Shown: positions 57,709 to 64,000 of the stretch, piece by piece
Layout of the letters: each line of letters begins with the position of its first letter
How positions within the stretch are numbered: the first letter of the stretch is position 1
NCBI GenBank assembly: GCA_965203175.1
Contig: OZ241867.1
Span: 4,288,001-4,352,000, forward strand
DNA length: 64,000 nt
Source of the DNA: Candidatus Latescibacterota bacterium
Lineage (GTDB): Bacteria; Latescibacterota; UBA2968; UBA8231
Direction of reading: 5' to 3'
Made by a program: the position numbers and the translations under genes
Notes under the pieces: generated by a model
Databases searched by the model: none
What the model saw: the letters and a program-made list of their open reading frames with translations, nothing else
What the model was told of the DNA's origin: nothing

Positions 57709-57784
57709 TGGAGCCGCCACCCGGACTTGAACCGGGGACCTACTCATTACGAGTGAGTTGCTCTACCAGCTGAGCTATGGCGGC
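57709..57784 (-). tRNA. tRNA-Thr(CGT)
   Basis: 76 nt: GCCGCCA acceptor stem, TAGCTCAGCTGGTAGAGC D-arm, ACTCA-CT-CGT-AA-TGAGT anticodon arm, GGTTCAAGTCC T-arm, encoded CCA. Confidence 0.97.
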
Positions 57785-57799
57785 CATACTGTAGCGTAG

Positions 57800-57828
57800 A
57801 AACTAGGCGGGCCCAGCTACGGTGTCAA
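57800..57828 (-). promoter_or_regulatory. Putative sigma70 promoter of the tRNA
   Basis: TTGACA (57828-57823), 17 nt, TAGTTT (57805-57800). Confidence 0.55.
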
Positions 57829-57853
57829 GAACCGCCCCTAGCCGCACCGCGCA

Positions 57854-59068
57854 TTAAAAGAAATTGAACAGCTTGCCTATCGCGTGGGCAAGGCCGTTGC
57901 GGGGCCGGTCGGCGTCGTGCGACTCGACCGGTGCACCGTGTTCGTTGGCGACAAAGCGCAACAGCCCAATCGCGGTAGCATAGCTAGGGTCGCTGACTGT
58001 GGCTGGAGCGATCACGTCTTGGGGGACGCCAATGCGGACGTGGTGGCCGAGCACCTCCTCGGCGAGCGGCGCGATCTGGTCGAGCGAGGCTCCGCCACCG
58101 GTGAGCACGATACCAGCGGACAAACGGTCGTTGTAGGAGGAATTGACTAAGGCTTGGCGCACGTATTCAAAAATCTCGCGCTGCCGGGCTTCGATGATTG
58201 CGCTGACCTGCTGCCGGGTTAAGGTACAGGCACGGCCGGCGGTCGTGTGATAGGTAACGGGTTGGTCGCCTTCTTCGCCAGAGCAGCTAACGCTGCCGAA
58301 GCGGCATTTGAGCTGCTCGGCTTCGCGAACTGGGATACTCAAGACGACCGAAAGATCGCGCGTTATATCGTCTCCGCCCAGCGGAATTTCCTCCACGTGA
58401 CGCATCGGGCCTTGGAATACGGCTATATCACAGGTGCCAGCACCAAGATCGAGCAGGGCCACGCCCATGTCTCGTTCATCTTGGGATAAGGTGGCGTGGG
58501 CAGCGCCGACGCTTTCGAGGACGCCGCCGGCGATCTCAACGCCGGCTTTGGAGGCGGCGTGGCGAAAGGCTGTGCATAAATGCTCGGCTATGGAAACGGT
58601 TAGCACTTCAATCGACAGGCGATTGCCGTGTAGCCAGAGTGGGTTTTGTACCGGCTCGTCATCGACGGCATAGCTCTGGACGAAGCGGTGCATCACCGTC
58701 TGATCCTCGGCGACCTGTTCTTGTGCAACGGCGAGTAGGGCGCGATCCCGGTCCTCTTCGGAGATAGGGTTGGAGGAGCCGGAGATACCCACGGTGCTTA
58801 CAGCACGATGGGTACTGATGCCTTCGCCAGCCATGCCGAGATAGGCCCCGGCGATTTTGAGACCGGTCGAGCGTTCAGCTTCGGCTAGGGCCGTGTGGAT
58901 CGACTCTGCTACTTGGGGCATGTCGATGACGGCGCTGCGGCGCAGACCGGTGCAGGGGCTGTGTCCTAGGCCCAAGATCTTGACTTGAGAATTGTTTTGC
59001 ACTTCGCCGACTAGGCATAGAACTTTTGATGCACCAACATCGAGAACGACGACAGGGGATCCAGCCAT
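57854..59068 (-). CDS. ftsA: Cell division protein FtsA (stand-alone copy)
   Basis: LDVGASKV, G.G..P..GLRR..V.D, LLDLGAGTCD, GGDDITRDL, AEQLK, IIEAR..EI, VLTGGGA, YATAIGL, amphipathic C-terminus. Confidence 0.85.
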   Translation of the reverse strand: MAGSPVVVLDVGASKVLCLVGEVQNNSQVKILGLGHSPCTGLRRSAVIDMPQVAESIHTALAEAERSTGLKIAGAYLGMAGEGISTHRAVSTVGISGSSNPISEEDRDRALLAVAQEQVAEDQTVMHRFVQSYAVDDEPVQNPLWLHGNRLSIEVLTVSIAEHLCTAFRHAASKAGVEIAGGVLESVGAAHATLSQDERDMGVALLDLGAGTCDIAVFQGPMRHVEEIPLGGDDITRDLSVVLSIPVREAEQLKCRFGSVSCSGEEGDQPVTYHTTAGRACTLTRQQVSAIIEARQREIFEYVRQALVNSSYNDRLSAGIVLTGGGASLDQIAPLAEEVLGHHVRIGVPQDVIAPATVSDPSYATAIGLLRFVANEHGAPVESHDADRPRNGLAHAIGKLFNFF

Positions 59069-59278
59069 GGTTGGCGTACCTTCTTTCTAAGCGCAGCCGC
59101 AAAATGCAGCGCAGTAGGAGTAAGGCGGGGACATACAGGGAGGGGGAAAGGCTACCGCACTAACGGCGGCGATGCGACACAACAAATTGGGACGCTCGAC
59201 TCCAAATTGCCAGTGCTTACAACGCCGACAAGGGGGAAGTCAGCCCTCCGTAAGCACTTAGTAATAGTTGAGATATGA

Positions 59279-59362
59279 AGAATAGGAAAGCTGCCAGAGA
59301 AAGTCAAGCCCGCCGGAGGGCTAAGGGCTGGCCTTGACTGGGCTAAGGCTTGGGCCTAAGAT
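59279..59362. promoter_or_regulatory. Divergent sigma70 promoters for ftsA and ssb
   Basis: Minus: TTGACT (59307-59302), 17 nt, TATTCT (59284-59279). Plus: TTGACT (59334-59339), 17 nt, TAAGAT (59357-59362). Confidence 0.55.
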
Positions 59363-59428
59363 AAGCGAAATTGCGAACATTATGGAGGCATGCGCATTTG
59401 CGGTGTGCCTGTAAAAAGGAGCGGATAT

Positions 59429-59899
59429 ATGGCCCGGGGAGTAAACAAAGTAATCTTGATCGGCAATTTGGGCAGCGATCCTGAAGTGCGCTACACGCCA
59501 GATGGAGTGCCCGTAGCCAATTTTAATCTGGCCACTTCTGAAAGCTGGAACGATCGCAATACAGGCGAGCGCCAGGAGCGGACCGAATGGCATCGGCTCG
59601 TGCTCTGGCGCAAGCTAGCCGAGATCGCCGGACAGTACCTCAAAAAGGGTGCCAAAGTCTATGTCGAGGGCAAGTTGCAGACTCGTTCTTGGGATGATCA
59701 GAGTGGCCAGAAACGCTATACGACCGAGATCGTAGTTAACGATATGCAGATGCTCGATTCCCGCGGCGAGGGCGGCGGCAGTGGTGGTAGAGACGCCGGC
59801 TACTCCGACCGTCCGGGCGGAGGGCAAAACGTCGGCCCGGCTGCACAGCCCGATGCGCCCCCACCGCCGGGTGGCGACGACGACGACCTGCCGTTCTAA
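59429..59899 (+). CDS. ssb: Single-stranded DNA-binding protein
   Basis: [39 protein letters not shown], acidic tail DDDDLPF. AAGGAG RBS before ATG 59429. Confidence 0.97.
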   Translation: MARGVNKVILIGNLGSDPEVRYTPDGVPVANFNLATSESWNDRNTGERQERTEWHRLVLWRKLAEIAGQYLKKGAKVYVEGKLQTRSWDDQSGQKRYTTEIVVNDMQMLDSRGEGGGSGGRDAGYSDRPGGGQNVGPAAQPDAPPPPGGDDDDLPF

Positions 59900-59902
59900 A
59901 GT

Positions 59903-60746
59903 TTGGCAGGCAGCTTCTTCCACTTGTGGCTGGCCGAGCGCGTCTTTCCCCTAGTTTTTGGCGATTGCGCGGGCGAAGGAGAGATGCAGGCGGCCTTTGC
60001 CGCTGGTTCCGTAGGCCCGGATATTGGTTTTTTCCCCGGTGGCCCGGCGGCCTTGTCGCATCGTGTACATCTGGAGCGGTGTGGCGACTTTTTGCGCGCC
60101 CTGACCCAAGAGGCCGCCAGCCCTGACGAGCGGGCGTTTGCAGCGGGTTGGGGACTTCACGTCTATGCGGATATAGCTGTGCATCCTTGGGTTGAGGCCC
60201 GCGTAGCTGCCTTGCTCCGCGAAGGTACCCGTCCGGCTGCACCTGATTTGTGGCACATGCGCTTGGAATGGGGGGTTGATTGCCGCTTGCTGGCCAGTGA
60301 GGGGATGGACGGGTTGTGGTGCGCGCGCCTGCACTTTCCCCGCCGCGCTGATGGCCGCAGCTTGCTAGGGGAGGTGGGGCAGACTTTCTACGGACGGGAT
60401 GCCGACGAGCGATTGCTGGAACGAGGAGGTGAGGCCACCGCCCGGTGGCTGCAGCGAATCCCCAAGATTCTCTGGTGGGGAGGGCACATCCGCGTGGCTA
60501 GACGCCCCAATCCCCTGTGCACATTGGCGTTTGCCCACCTAGGACACAAGGTCCTCGGAGATTGGCTCCAGCACTGGGCGCGCTTTAAGGATGGCGCGGC
60601 CTTGGCGCGACCGCTGTTGCCCTCAGATCAAGCTTACGAGGAGGCCCTCAAGCTAGGCGAATCGGCTGTGGAAAGGTTTTGCCAAGGGTTTGATGAGGGC
60701 TTCGCTCAGTTGGGCAATCCTGATTTATACACGGGCGAAGTACGCG

Positions 60747-60754
<8 letters not shown>
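59903..60754 (+). CDS. Zinc-dependent phospholipase C / S1-P1 superfamily protein
   Basis: N-terminal His (FFH), GSVGPD, HRVH, GWGLHVYADIAVHP, WHMRLEWGVD. Confidence 0.65.
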
Positions 60755-63287
<2,533 letters not shown>

Positions 63288-63308
63288 TTAATCAACAAGC
63301 CCTTGGGA

Positions 63309-64000
63309 ATGCTGTCAACACAGGTTCTATTGGGCTTGTTGATCCTGTTGGGCACTGTCGCCGCCGGAGCGGATTCGTCGGTTTACGTACCCTTGGAACA
63401 CTGGGTTTATCGCTTTGTCGAGCGGCTCGAAGCCCGAGGACGAGCCAACGGCATTGCAGATGGCATTAAACCATACAGCCACAATAAAATAATAGAATTA
63501 CTTGATGAGATCGATAAAAAGTATCGCCCCGAATTATCGCCGATCGAACTGGGCGAACTGGACTTGTTGCGCGGCGAGTTTGCACACGAGCAAGCCATGT
63601 TTCAATATCGCGCCCACGGAGGGGCAATTTTCGCCGACTTTCTCGCCCGCCAGCAAACTGATCGCTTTAGCGGCCGCGGACGGTCGGAGGCCGAAGTGGT
63701 GTACCGCCATCGAGGTGGGGGCATCGTCCGTGGGCACTTAGGCCGCAGGGTGGGCTTCCGCATGGCTTTTGAACAGGTGCGGGAGCAAGGCTCGCGCGAT
63801 TACGAGTATCGCCACGATCTGTACGAGCGACGGATTGACCTGCCCCAGTTAAAGGGCGAGGCGGTCGATTTTCACGAGGGCACGGCGTACGTCAAGTTCG
63901 CGGTGGGGCCGGTAGATGTGCAATTGGGCAAAGATGAGGCCTTGTGGGGGCCAGCCCCAGAGCAAAATTTAGGACTGAGCAACAATGCTCCGTCGTTTAA
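63309..64000 (+). CDS. Capsule assembly Wzi-like outer-membrane protein, 3'-truncated (absent from the ORF track)
   Basis: Translated by hand, open from ATG 63309 to the window end: signal peptide, VPLEHWVYRFVERLEARG...IKPYS, and QLGKDEALWGPAPEQNLGLSNNAPSF. Confidence 0.65.
   Translation, partial: MLSTQVLLGLLILLGTVAAGADSSVYVPLEHWVYRFVERLEARGRANGIADGIKPYSHNKIIELLDEIDKKYRPELSPIELGELDLLRGEFAHEQAMFQYRAHGGAIFADFLARQQTDRFSGRGRSEAEVVYRHRGGGIVRGHLGRRVGFRMAFEQVREQGSRDYEYRHDLYERRIDLPQLKGEAVDFHEGTAYVKFAVGPVDVQLGKDEALWGPAPEQNLGLSNNAPSF

Noticed and set aside
57709-57784. Integrated element at tRNA-Thr
   Set aside because: No integrase and no duplicated tRNA 3' end was noticed; the flanking genes are housekeeping.

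Overview
GC-rich chromosomal window from a diderm bacterium. The protein families (SWGRIK-tailed, FlgD-Ig/T9SS-like tailed and CRTAC1 proteins, plant-type LRR) suggest Candidatus Latescibacterota or a related lineage, possibly host-associated; this is inference only. Left to right: (1) a translationally coupled trio of degenerate helicase, UvrD-type helicase and Fe-S PD-(D/E)XK nuclease; (2) an ATPase-less carbohydrate ABC importer; (3) divergent from it, a ~26 kb co-oriented cell-envelope cluster (9156-35296). This cluster encodes a CBM9/DOMON-like protein, lipoproteins, a large probable outer-membrane protein, two TPR and two CRTAC1 proteins, a double-parvulin foldase, five paralogous secreted proteins all ending in a PNGDG.ND...AY-stop domain, and a His-motif membrane protein fused to TPRs; (4) a convergent CRTAC1 gene and two GSDH-type dehydrogenase paralogs with T9SS type-A-like tails, one carrying a 37-aa insert that matches a segment of the AY-tailed proteins; (5) an accessory patch with a vapBC-type pair, a tandem-repeat LRR lipoprotein, a sigma54-like promoter with palindromic sites and a beta-propeller enhancer-binding protein; (6) housekeeping genes miaB, mtaB, pcrA, mltG, an ABC-2 exporter, DUF420, tRNA-Thr(CGT), a stand-alone ftsA, ssb, eno and a partial Wzi-like gene. 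No CRISPR array, rRNA, integrase or transposase was seen. The best candidate for an undescribed system is the 9-42 kb surface-display/secretion locus with three different C-terminal tags. All family assignments were made by eye from motifs, without database searches.
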